Below are positions 28,116 to 37,008 of a stretch of 64,000 nt of DNA, in pieces. Under the pieces are notes generated by a model that was not told where the DNA came from, made no database searches, and saw only the letters and a program-made list of their open reading frames with translations. Made by a program: the position numbers and the translations under genes. Source of the stretch: Acidimicrobiia bacterium. Its GTDB lineage: Bacteria; Actinomycetota; Acidimicrobiia; Actinomarinales; Actinomarinaceae. Within the stretch, counting starts at the first letter, position 1. Every line of letters starts with the position of its first letter. The stretch is taken from positions 18,109 through 82,108 of the forward strand of contig JAONAZ010000003.1 of assembly GCA_028376655.1 (NCBI GenBank), in the 5' to 3' direction.

Positions 28116-28190
28116 GGGCCTATAGCTCAGCCTGGTTAGAGCGCATCCCTGATAAGGATGAGGTCGCTAGTTCAAATCTAGCTAGGCCCA
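28116..28190 (+). tRNA. tRNA-Ile (anticodon GAU)
   Basis: I read GGGCCTATAGCTCAGCCTGGTTAGAGC, anticodon arm CATCC-CTGATAA-GGATG and T-arm GCTAG-TTCAAAT-CTAGC. Confidence 0.9.
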
Positions 28191-28237
28191 CTAAAAAAAT
28201 ATTAATTTAAAAAAATCTATACAGCTAAAATGCCATA

Positions 28238-28504
28238 ATGAATTTAATAATTTTTGGATATTTTGCAGCTTTTTTTACGGCTGTCTCATTTTTACCACAG
28301 GCCATAAAAACAGTAAAAACTAGAGAAACTGGGGGTCTATCGCTTCTCACTTATTTATTTTTATTTCTTGGCTCTTTGTCATGGTTTATCTATGGAATTC
28401 ATTTAACCGATTATCCCTTGATGGTTACAAATTCGTTAACAACAATTTTCACAGGAATAATACTCTATCTAATTTTCTCAGAGAGAAATAGTAAATATAA
28501 TTAA
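28238..28504 (+). CDS. SemiSWEET / PQ-loop three-TM transporter
   Basis: The 88 aa ORF has three TM segments and a PQ motif in TM1 (VSFLPQAIKTVKTR), as in bacterial SemiSWEETs. Confidence 0.7.
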   Translation: MNLIIFGYFAAFFTAVSFLPQAIKTVKTRETGGLSLLTYLFLFLGSLSWFIYGIHLTDYPLMVTNSLTTIFTGIILYLIFSERNSKYN

Positions 28505-28510
28505 TAAGTA

Positions 28511-28939
28511 TTGATGAAAAAACTATTATTAGCTTTATTTTTTGTATTTTGCTCTCCTGTTTCTGTTGAACAAATAGCTGATACAAGTACTACCACTACA
28601 GAAAAAGAACTGACCCTTTGTCAAAAAGTAGAAAAAGAGTATATATCTCTGTCGAATAAATTGTTTGTAACGAGCTTCGAGTTAAATGATTATATAAATA
28701 ATCTTTCAGATGCACTTGTTGAAGATGATAGAACTGTGTTTTTCAATGATATGAGTATAAATATTGATCATCAAAATATTTATAAGAAATACCTTGAGGT
28801 GAGAGCATATGTTTATCAAGAAATAAACACCATTTATAAAACAAATAAAGACTGTCCCATTGCTGGAGACCAAGAGATTGCTGATGAAAAAGTATTGGAA
28901 GCTAAAAAAGAACTCGCAGAATTTTTAAATAATTACTAA
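28511..28939 (+). CDS. Secreted/lipoprotein of unknown function
   Basis: The 142 aa ORF has a signal peptide with a possible lipobox (FVFCS) and a helical acidic body. Confidence 0.45.
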   Translation: MMKKLLLALFFVFCSPVSVEQIADTSTTTTEKELTLCQKVEKEYISLSNKLFVTSFELNDYINNLSDALVEDDRTVFFNDMSINIDHQNIYKKYLEVRAYVYQEINTIYKTNKDCPIAGDQEIADEKVLEAKKELAEFLNNY

Positions 28940-29349
28940 TTATTAAGTTTGATTAGATAGTCTTCAAAATCATTAAGACTATCCACAATATTTTCACCAT
29001 ATTCGAAAAGCCCCCAGATAAAGTTATTTAGAACTTTTATGTTGTTTGCATTAATTCCAATAATTTTTTTGTTTAAAGCATAAGCGTAACCAATTTCTGC
29101 TGATGTTCCAGAGTCAACATCTCTTCCTGTTAGAAGAGCAACAACTATATCTGCCGACTTCAAGAAATCCATATCTGTATCAAAAATCATGCTTTTTTTT
29201 TCGAAGGTAAACTCACCTTCAACTAATCCAGCATCGCGATGTGGTAAAAAAGTTTCAAAAGCATTCTTCTCAAGAATGCTTGCAATTTTTTCTAGATAAC
29301 TTCTTTCATGGTCATCAAATAGAGGGCCGGCAATATAAACTTTCTTCAT
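28936..29349 (-). CDS. Nucleoside 2-deoxyribosyltransferase-like protein
   Basis: The 137 aa ORF has the MKKVYIAGPLF N-terminus and the later D.GTS.E.GYA block characteristic of the NDT/Rcl-like family. Confidence 0.68.
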   Translation of the reverse strand: MKKVYIAGPLFDDHERSYLEKIASILEKNAFETFLPHRDAGLVEGEFTFEKKSMIFDTDMDFLKSADIVVALLTGRDVDSGTSAEIGYAYALNKKIIGINANNIKVLNNFIWGLFEYGENIVDSLNDFEDYLIKLNN

Positions 29350-30071
29350 TGGTTTATTGTATTAATTAATTTTTTAATTTGCAGTAAATCTTTGTATTGT
29401 AAAACATTTTCACTCATGGAATTTACACTCTCAAGAATTTTTATATTCCATATAGTTAGAAGAGGTATTACCTCGACTTTTATAAAAAACAAACTTGTCT
29501 CGCTATCTAAAGGTACTGAAGTCTGTGTCTCAAGTCTAAAATATAGATTTTCTATTTTGCTAACTTCTGGTTTTTTAAATCCAGGAAAATTACTTAATTC
29601 TGGAAATGTTGTTATTGTCCAAACCCATCTTTTTATACTTTGTTTGCACATATATTCTGATAACTTCCTGCTGGATTTAATCAACTGATCATTATCAGCT
29701 ACAGGTGAGTGAATACTAGAAAGATTCTTTCCTAACTTGTTTACTGGTATCCAGCCACTTGGGAAGCAGACAGAAACTAACTCCATGTTTCCTTTGTGCA
29801 TAACAACAAAATCTTCCTCTAGTGAAAGAGTTAAATCTTCTAAACTTATTTCCTGCTCAGTTTTTAGATAATTACTGACTTTTATTCTCAACCCTTTATT
29901 TTCGGAAAGATCTGACTCACCATTTAAAGAATCTTTGTGTAGTTTTAATTCCTTCTTTTTTTGTTCTAGGTATTCCTGGTTTGGTTTAAGGTTATAAGCC
30001 ATTCCTTCATGTCTAACCATGGAAGGGTTATTTGTAAATGGGGTCTTAACAAAATCTAAATTCATTATCAT
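29346..30071 (-). CDS. DUF3445 (heme-dependent oxidative N-demethylase alpha-like) family protein
   Basis: The 241 aa ORF has the block VCFPSGWIPVNKLGKNLSSIHSPV, which matches the DUF3445 hallmark (FPS.W...EKLG..L..IH.PVP). It overlaps the downstream NDT-like gene by 4 nt. Confidence 0.6.
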   Translation of the reverse strand: MIMNLDFVKTPFTNNPSMVRHEGMAYNLKPNQEYLEQKKKELKLHKDSLNGESDLSENKGLRIKVSNYLKTEQEISLEDLTLSLEEDFVVMHKGNMELVSVCFPSGWIPVNKLGKNLSSIHSPVADNDQLIKSSRKLSEYMCKQSIKRWVWTITTFPELSNFPGFKKPEVSKIENLYFRLETQTSVPLDSETSLFFIKVEVIPLLTIWNIKILESVNSMSENVLQYKDLLQIKKLINTINQ

Positions 30072-30095
30072 TAATTTTATATAGAAAGGACATCA

Positions 30096-30836
30096 TTGGG
30101 AAATACTGGAGCATTATTACTGCACGGATTATTTGAGCATAAAGGTAGGCATAAAATAAACGCAGACTGGTTTAATAACTTAAATATTGATACAACCTTG
30201 ATTGATTTACCTGGACATGGAAAAAAAGACCCCAATAGAGGAGATATTGATTCGTGGGAAAGGAATGACCAGGTGGTAGAAGAAGCTTTTAAAAGTCTTA
30301 ATAATTTTGATAATAAGATTTTAATTGGACACTCTTACGGTGGGCTTATAGCAACTTATTCTACTTTAAAGGGAATCATTTCTCCCGATTACCTTATCTT
30401 GTCAGCACCTTTGTTTAAAGATAATTATCCCAAAGCAATAAGAAGTTTATCTAAACCTATGGCTTCAATTGCTCCAAAACTAAGGGCTCCTTCTCCAGTG
30501 AATAAAAGAAATCTCTCCACCGATACCGATGTTGTGGACGATTACTTTTCTGATCCACTAGTGTTCAGAAGCTTATCATTTAGATTTGGATTTCTAATAA
30601 CTGAGGCACAAAAATATGTAAATAAGAATATTAACAAGTTAGATATTCCAACAATTGTACTTCATGGAAAAGAAGACAAAATAGTTCCTATATCTGGATG
30701 TACCGAAATTGCAAAACTAGAAAATGTAACTTTTGTTGAAGTCAAGAACTCGAAACATGAAATACTTAATCAAGAGACAAGGCCCCTTGTTCTAAGTGAA
30801 ATATTTAATTGGTTACGAAAAAATGAACTTGTTTAA
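30096..30836 (+). CDS. Alpha/beta hydrolase (lysophospholipase/monoacylglycerol lipase-like)
   Basis: The 246 aa ORF has a TTG start, the nucleophile elbow GHSYGG and late Asp/His blocks (HGKEDKIVP, SKHE). Confidence 0.75.
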   Translation: MGNTGALLLHGLFEHKGRHKINADWFNNLNIDTTLIDLPGHGKKDPNRGDIDSWERNDQVVEEAFKSLNNFDNKILIGHSYGGLIATYSTLKGIISPDYLILSAPLFKDNYPKAIRSLSKPMASIAPKLRAPSPVNKRNLSTDTDVVDDYFSDPLVFRSLSFRFGFLITEAQKYVNKNINKLDIPTIVLHGKEDKIVPISGCTEIAKLENVTFVEVKNSKHEILNQETRPLVLSEIFNWLRKNELV

Positions 30837-30850
30837 ATAATAATATGCCT

Positions 30851-30869
30851 ATTGCAAACAATTTGCAAT
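30851..30869. promoter_or_regulatory. 8-3-8 perfect inverted repeat upstream of cbiM (operator candidate)
   Basis: The sequence is ATTGCAAA-caa-TTTGCAAT and ends 28 bp upstream of the ATG at 30897. Confidence 0.3.
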
Positions 30870-30896
30870 AAGATACGAATAGCTTATAATTCTATT

Positions 30897-31826
30897 ATGC
30901 ATGTACCTGATGGATTTATTAACGCCCAAGTTTCTACTGCTACTGGAGTAATTAGCCTGGGAACTTTATGGGTCTATATAAGAAGTGCTAAAAATCTAGT
31001 TGCTGATAAATTAATTGCCCTTACTGGAATGATGTCTGCACTCATATTTGTACTCCAAATGATAAATTTTCCGATTGCAGCTGGAACCAGTGGGCATCTC
31101 TTAGGGGGCGCTCTAGCTGTTATTGTTCTTGGTCCAAGTCTTGGTGTAATATGTATTTCTATTGTGGTCATTATACAATCTCTCCTATTTGCTGATGGTG
31201 GACTTAGCGCTTTAGGAGTGAACGTACTCAACATGGCTATTGTTACCTCACTTTCTGGGTGGCTTACAATAACTTTTTGGAAGAAACTATTTGGCGATTC
31301 TCATTTTACTTTAATCGCAGGTTCTGTAGTCGCTGGTTTGTTATCTGTGGTTTTTTCATCAATCGCATTTGTTTTAGAGTATGCCATTGGGGGAACTGTA
31401 TCTGTTCCTCTAGGAAGCGTTCTTATTGCAATGATTTCTACACACTTATTTATTGGCTTAGGAGAAGGAATCATTACTGCACTAATTATTTCCCTTTTGC
31501 TCCGAGTAAGATCTGATTTAGTTTATGTAAATTCTAGAAAGAACAAATCTAACAATGTTTCGACCTCTTATGGACTTTTTATAATACTGATTTTGTCACT
31601 TACTTTAATTACCCCTTATGCATCATCATCTCCAGATGGATTAGAATCTGTAGCGAGTGATTTTGGTTTCGAAGAGACTGATGGCGTAGTTTTACTCCTA
31701 GAGGATTATGGTATTTCTAGTATAAATAATAATTTTTTATCAACTGTTGTCAGTGCGCTTGCTGGAATCCTTTCAATAGCTGGATTAGTTACCCTATTCT
31801 TTAGAAATAAAAGTGGGAAAAATTAA
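30897..31826 (+). CDS. cbiM: CbiM/NikM-type Co/Ni ECF substrate-capture component fused to a PDGLE domain
   Basis: I moved the start to the Met giving the N-terminus MHVPDGF, because the N-terminal Met-His is the metal ligand in this family. The protein has CbiM TM blocks (SGHLLGG, FADGG), a C-terminal SSSPDGLESVA (PDGLE) segment and a final TM. Confidence 0.8.
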   Translation: MHVPDGFINAQVSTATGVISLGTLWVYIRSAKNLVADKLIALTGMMSALIFVLQMINFPIAAGTSGHLLGGALAVIVLGPSLGVICISIVVIIQSLLFADGGLSALGVNVLNMAIVTSLSGWLTITFWKKLFGDSHFTLIAGSVVAGLLSVVFSSIAFVLEYAIGGTVSVPLGSVLIAMISTHLFIGLGEGIITALIISLLLRVRSDLVYVNSRKNKSNNVSTSYGLFIILILSLTLITPYASSSPDGLESVASDFGFEETDGVVLLLEDYGISSINNNFLSTVVSALAGILSIAGLVTLFFRNKSGKN

Positions 31827-32063
31827 CTAATTTTATTTTGATTTTTTCTGCTTAATTGAATATATTTAAATTAACTTTTTGTGAAGAAAATCTTTATAGA
31901 GGATCATTGCAAGAAGGGTTAGAGATAGCCCTTGAAGCAAGTTAAATTTGGAAACAAATGAAGCGGAGTATTCAAGGGTTTTCTCATTTCTGAAGGCTCT
32001 TCTGATTATTTAGTGAAAGTTAATAATCGTGTATGAATTTTCTTCCCAGATTACAATTAAGTT

Positions 32064-32642
32064 GTGAAGGCATATTTAGATATAAAAGAAATTCATTCTG
32101 CTTGTAGGAAATGTCGTAAATGTGATTTATCATCAACAAGAAATAATGTCGTTGCAGCTAAAGGTAACCCCTCAGCAAAAGTTTTTATAATTGGTGAAGC
32201 GCCAGGAGAAAAAGAAGATATTACTGGATTTCCTTTTGTAGGTAGGGCTGGAAAAATGTTAGATACTGTCTTAACTTCTGTAGATATTGATCCTCTCGAA
32301 GATTGCTACATAACAAATATAGTCAAATGTAGGCCTCCAGAGAACAGGAGGCCAACAAAGGATGAAATTAATAGTTGCATTTCTTGGTTGGAAACTCAAA
32401 TTGACCATTTGAAACCATCTATAGTTATCCTTGCTGGATCAACAGCGGTTGAAGGATATCTTGGTATTAAAGAACCTATTACAAAAGTTCGTGGTTCTTG
32501 GATTATGAGAGATGGGATAAAGTTTATGCCGATATTTCATCCAGCTTATTTATTAAGAAATCCCTCTAAAGAAAAGGGGAAGCCAAAATGGTTAACGTGG
32601 CAGGATTTAAAAAAAGTCAAAGAAGAGTTGGATTTACTTTAA
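32064..32642 (+). CDS. Family 4 uracil-DNA glycosylase (FeS type)
   Basis: The 192 aa ORF has a GTG start, the Cys cluster C-x2-C-x2-C near the N-terminus, motif A GEAPGEKED and motif B HPAYLLRN. Confidence 0.85.
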   Translation: MKAYLDIKEIHSACRKCRKCDLSSTRNNVVAAKGNPSAKVFIIGEAPGEKEDITGFPFVGRAGKMLDTVLTSVDIDPLEDCYITNIVKCRPPENRRPTKDEINSCISWLETQIDHLKPSIVILAGSTAVEGYLGIKEPITKVRGSWIMRDGIKFMPIFHPAYLLRNPSKEKGKPKWLTWQDLKKVKEELDLL

Positions 32643-33547
32643 GTTGAAAATTCCTCTTTCGTATTCATAATTAGTGAAATAAATATAAAAATACCCGCAA
32701 CCAAGATATTAGAGTTAAAGGTTTCATCCAAAAAAAGAACCCCTGCAGTAACTCCTACTACGGGAACGAGGTAATCAACTGATGCAACTTGTAGAGCACT
32801 AACTCTTTGTATTAACCACGTGAACGAAGTAAATGCACCTAAATTAAAAAAAGCTAAGACTCCAACTCTGAATATTTGCGAACTATTTAATGTTTCGACT
32901 TCAGTCCCTGTAGTAATAAAAACTATTAATGAAAGAAATATTACAATTGGATACTGGTAAGTCAACCAACTGCTTACTTTATATTTAGGTGCATATTTTC
33001 TATTCAAGACAGTAGCTAAGGCTATACATTGCACACCCATAAAGGCTAAAGATCCCCCTAATAAAATATTTCCTTGATTTTCTAATCCTGTTTCTTTTGA
33101 AATAAAAAGATATGAAACTCCAAGAAGTCCAATAAAAATTGATATATATTTTTGTTTAGATATTTTCTCATCTTTAAGAAGAATTTTTAACCAAAGAATA
33201 GTGAATACTGGAGCAGAGCTTATTAATAACGTAACAAGGCCTGAAGAAATGTATTGAAGGGAAAATATAAAAAACCATCCAACAAAAAAGATAGATGCGA
33301 GAGCTGTTGTAGATGCCTCTTTAAGTAACTTCTTATTAAATTTATCTTTATTGAAAATTGAATAGTGTATTAAAAGCAATGTGCCAATTATTGACACTCT
33401 TGTAGTTATCAAAAATATTTCACCAACTCCTTCAATTAATAGGCTTCTAGAAAGTACGTTTCCTGAACCCCACATAAAAGCAGCTGTAAAAATTCCTCCT
33501 ATTATTTTAAAAATAGAAGTATCGTTTTTTGATTTGTTGTTTTCCAC
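32639..33547 (-). CDS. EamA/DMT superfamily transporter
   Basis: The 302 aa ORF has 10 TM segments and a two-fold EamA repeat architecture. Confidence 0.72.
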   Translation of the reverse strand: MENNKSKNDTSIFKIIGGIFTAAFMWGSGNVLSRSLLIEGVGEIFLITTRVSIIGTLLLIHYSIFNKDKFNKKLLKEASTTALASIFFVGWFFIFSLQYISSGLVTLLISSAPVFTILWLKILLKDEKISKQKYISIFIGLLGVSYLFISKETGLENQGNILLGGSLAFMGVQCIALATVLNRKYAPKYKVSSWLTYQYPIVIFLSLIVFITTGTEVETLNSSQIFRVGVLAFFNLGAFTSFTWLIQRVSALQVASVDYLVPVVGVTAGVLFLDETFNSNILVAGIFIFISLIMNTKEEFST

Positions 33548-33604
33548 TCACGAGATAATAATATTCGAAAAAAGTTAGTCTCCATTTTCTTTTTTGCTAT
33601 GATT

Positions 33605-33695
33605 TGTATATCGGGAGCTAAATGCTGAGAGGGTGTAAAAACCGACCGTTTGAACCTGTTGGGTAATTCCAGCGAAGGAAACTCGGACTCTTATC
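33605..33695 (+). promoter_or_regulatory. TPP (THI-box) riboswitch
   Basis: I read CGGGAGC..GCTGAGA..ACCG..GAACCTGTTGGGTAATTCCAGCGAAGGAAAC. This matches the THI element core (GGGGUGC, CUGAGA, ACCUGAUCUGGAUAAUGCCAGCGUAGGGAA). It lies directly 5' of the transporter gene at 33719. Confidence 0.85.
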
Positions 33696-33718
33696 CCTTT
33701 ATTTAAAGTGAGGTAAAA

Positions 33719-35083
33719 GTGAATAATTTGATTGCATACGGCATAGTTTTATTAACTCTATTTTTTATATATTTAAGAACAACAAGAATACAGTCATCAA
33801 ATAAAGAGTATTTTGTATTAAATAAAACAGAAGGAGTGCTTGGGCTTTCTTTAAGTTTTTATGCCAGTGGAATGGGTTTATGGATTTTAACATCACCAGC
33901 TGAAGTAGCTTGGTATGGTTTAGGTTTTGACATTTATGGATATGCACTTTCGGCTGCAACACCTTTTGCCCTAATTTATTTTTTTGGTCCAAAGATAGCC
34001 TCGTTAACACCTGAAGGAGCCACATTGCCACAATTTATAGAAAAAAGATACGGTACTGGTGCTCAAAAAGTAGTTTCTCTTGTTGCGATTCTTTACATGA
34101 CAGCATTTCTAATAGCTGAATTTGCATCTATTAATTTTATTTTTCCAGAAATAGTGGATGTCTCAGGTTTAGTGATAAGTATGTTTATTGGGTTTTTTAC
34201 ATTTCTTTATTTGAGTAGATCTGGATTTAAAGCTTCTTATGTCACTGATAGGTTTCAAGGAATAGGAATTATTGCATTACTTGGTGTTTTGTTTACTGTT
34301 TGGCTTAGCCAGAATTCAGTGAGTGAACTTATTGAATATTCAAAGCTTGGAGGAATAAATTCTTTTGAAACATTTAGTTTTAAATCAGCTCTAGCTGTTG
34401 TTGTTGCAGTAACAGCAGCAGAAGTATTTTCACAGGGATATTGGCAAAGAACTTTCTCAGCTGAAAATACTAAAAGTATTAAAACTGCATCTGTTTATGC
34501 CGGTTTAGGTTGTTTTCTAACTATTTTACTTTTAGGTATTGCTGGAGCAGTGGGAGCAGGAAAGGGGATTGAAAATCCTACATTAAGTTTCATACAACAA
34601 CTTGAATTAAGTATTCCTATGTCTTTTGTGCTTTTATTACTTTGTACTCTTTTAGTCGCTTCAAGTATAGACACTCTAGAAAGTGCTATTTCTTCAACTA
34701 TATCACTTGATTTGGTAAAAAAAGGAGTAAGTGAGGCTAGGTATATAACAGGTGGTTTAGTTATATTTTCTATCTTTTGCTCTATTTATGTTTCCAATAT
34801 TTTTAGTGTTTTTTTGGTTGCTGATTTATTTGCAGTTTGCTTAGTATTCCCTGTATTTTATAGGTTAAAAGATAACTCTAAAGGTTCTTTTTTATTACTA
34901 CCTTTTATAGTCTCTATAAGTTCTGCTTATTCGTATAGATTATTTTTTATAGATTTAGATATTAATCCAGGTGGAGTTTTTGTACCAACAGATGCTTATG
35001 GACTTGCAGATCTTAATACCTTTTTAGTAGGATTAATTTCTTCGATGCTAGTGACGTTGGCTTATAATAAAATAGCTAAATAA
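33719..35083 (+). CDS. Sodium:solute symporter (SSS) family transporter, TPP-riboswitch controlled (ThiV-like thiamin-precursor importer candidate)
   Basis: The 454 aa ORF has a GTG start with a GAGG SD and about 12-13 TM segments of SSS-like topology. The assignment to thiamin metabolism rests on the riboswitch. Confidence 0.7.
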   Translation: MNNLIAYGIVLLTLFFIYLRTTRIQSSNKEYFVLNKTEGVLGLSLSFYASGMGLWILTSPAEVAWYGLGFDIYGYALSAATPFALIYFFGPKIASLTPEGATLPQFIEKRYGTGAQKVVSLVAILYMTAFLIAEFASINFIFPEIVDVSGLVISMFIGFFTFLYLSRSGFKASYVTDRFQGIGIIALLGVLFTVWLSQNSVSELIEYSKLGGINSFETFSFKSALAVVVAVTAAEVFSQGYWQRTFSAENTKSIKTASVYAGLGCFLTILLLGIAGAVGAGKGIENPTLSFIQQLELSIPMSFVLLLLCTLLVASSIDTLESAISSTISLDLVKKGVSEARYITGGLVIFSIFCSIYVSNIFSVFLVADLFAVCLVFPVFYRLKDNSKGSFLLLPFIVSISSAYSYRLFFIDLDINPGGVFVPTDAYGLADLNTFLVGLISSMLVTLAYNKIAK

Positions 35084-35098
35084 AAATTAGGAGAGGTC

Positions 35099-36961
35099 AT
35101 GAAGTCATCAGATTTGGATAAATTTTCGAGTCTTAGTGAAGTCGATATTAATGGATCTGAACTAATTGTAACTTCAACAAAAATGAGCATAATAAAAAAT
35201 GCATACATCAAGGAACTTTGGAGGTATTCAAATAATACTTGGAAAAGATTTAAAGGCTCAGAGTCAAAAAATTTCCTGAATGCAAAGTATTCGAGAAATA
35301 AAAATTATTTATCGTATATTGAGGTTGAAAAAGATAAAGATGAAAAACCAAATTTTAAATTAATTGTCAAAGAAGGCAATTCCCTAAAAATAATATTTAA
35401 AACAAAAGCAAATATCCAAAGTTACATCTGGAGTAAATCAAATAAACACATCTATGTGATTGTCAACGATTGGGAAAAATCATTTAGTAAGATCCAAGAT
35501 AAAAATGACGAGCCATTTTATTTAGAAAATATTCCTCACAGGTTTGATACCAGGGGGGTTATCTTTAATAGAAGATGTCATATATATAAAGTTAATGTAG
35601 TGACTGGTACATCCTCAAAAATTGTAGATGGAGATAAAGAAAATCTTACTTCTTTAGGTTCAGTTGTTGAACATGAGAAATATCTTTATTTTTCAACAAG
35701 TGCCTATAACGAAATGGGTACGATGCTTCAAGAAAGGATTATAAAAAAGACCTCTGAAGGTTTAGAAATAATTCATTCTAAAGGTATGTGGAGTAAATTA
35801 TTTTCATTTAATGGAAAACTTTACGGGGTTGGATTAAAAAATAGATTTGATTGGCCAACAGTTACCTCAATATACGAAATTAGTGACTCTGGAAAGACTA
35901 GAAAAATTGATAATAATTTTGATCGAACTATTGTCGATATCAAAACTACAGAAAATTTAATGTACGTTCTTTATGAGGATTCTGGAAAGCAATTGCTTGG
36001 AGTAAAAACTGAGAAGGGAATTAAAAATCTATTTTCTGAAGAAATTACAATCACTGATTTTGTTATAGATAATGATGACTTATATTTCATAGCGAATAGC
36101 TTCACAAGAAATGATGAAGTCTTTAGGTATACAGAATCCAACGTAGAAAAAATTTCTAAAACGAATGATGCCTTTCATAAAAAAGTAGTTTCATATGAAT
36201 GTACTTATAAACGGTTTGATACAGGAAAATCAAAAGTTGATACATGGGGAATTTTTGTAGGTAAAGACAGACCCACCTTATTAAATATTCATGGTGGTCC
36301 AGCAAGCCAATATGGGTTTACTTTTTTTGATGAATTTCAAGTTTATGCTGAAGCAGGTTTCAATGTTATAGCTTGCAACCCCAGAGGGTCTACTGGAAGA
36401 GGTCATAAATATCTCAGAGATGTATGTGGCAATAAATGGGGTGTAAATGATACCCATGATGTTTTATCTGTATTCAAACAGATGGTGCGTGAGCTTAAAA
36501 TTACAAATAAAGATTATGGCATAATGGGTGGATCCTATGGAGGTTTTATGACTTCGTGGATTATTGGTGCGTATCCTAAGATGTTTAAATCAGCAATAGT
36601 TGAGAGAGCTTTAATTAACTGGGAAACTATGGTTGGAACCTCAGATATTGGAATAGGATTTCCAGAGATGTATCTTCTGGATGATATGGATAATAATTTA
36701 AACCTTTACAGAAAAAAAAGTCCTATCACTTATGCAAAAAAAATAAAAACTCCAACACTGATACTTCATTCAGAAAATGACTACCGTTGTCCAATTGAGC
36801 AGGGTGAACAATTATTTTCCACTCTAAAGAGAAACAAGGTAGATTCAGCAATGATTCGTTTTCCTAATGAAGGTCATGAACTTAGTAGATCTGGTAAACC
36901 AGTGCACAGAAAGCAAAGGTTTGACTTTATTATTGACTGGCATAGAAAACATTTATCATAA
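35099..36961 (+). CDS. S9 family serine peptidase (prolyl oligopeptidase/acylaminoacyl-peptidase-like)
   Basis: The 620 aa ORF has an N-terminal beta-propeller-like region and a C-terminal alpha/beta hydrolase with the nucleophile GGSYGG and late D/H blocks (ENDYRCP, EGHEL). Confidence 0.8.
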   Translation: MKSSDLDKFSSLSEVDINGSELIVTSTKMSIIKNAYIKELWRYSNNTWKRFKGSESKNFLNAKYSRNKNYLSYIEVEKDKDEKPNFKLIVKEGNSLKIIFKTKANIQSYIWSKSNKHIYVIVNDWEKSFSKIQDKNDEPFYLENIPHRFDTRGVIFNRRCHIYKVNVVTGTSSKIVDGDKENLTSLGSVVEHEKYLYFSTSAYNEMGTMLQERIIKKTSEGLEIIHSKGMWSKLFSFNGKLYGVGLKNRFDWPTVTSIYEISDSGKTRKIDNNFDRTIVDIKTTENLMYVLYEDSGKQLLGVKTEKGIKNLFSEEITITDFVIDNDDLYFIANSFTRNDEVFRYTESNVEKISKTNDAFHKKVVSYECTYKRFDTGKSKVDTWGIFVGKDRPTLLNIHGGPASQYGFTFFDEFQVYAEAGFNVIACNPRGSTGRGHKYLRDVCGNKWGVNDTHDVLSVFKQMVRELKITNKDYGIMGGSYGGFMTSWIIGAYPKMFKSAIVERALINWETMVGTSDIGIGFPEMYLLDDMDNNLNLYRKKSPITYAKKIKTPTLILHSENDYRCPIEQGEQLFSTLKRNKVDSAMIRFPNEGHELSRSGKPVHRKQRFDFIIDWHRKHLS

Positions 36962-37008
36962 TTCTTTTGAAGTATAAAATTTGTAGTTAAAGTGGTAACG
37001 AGGAAGCC

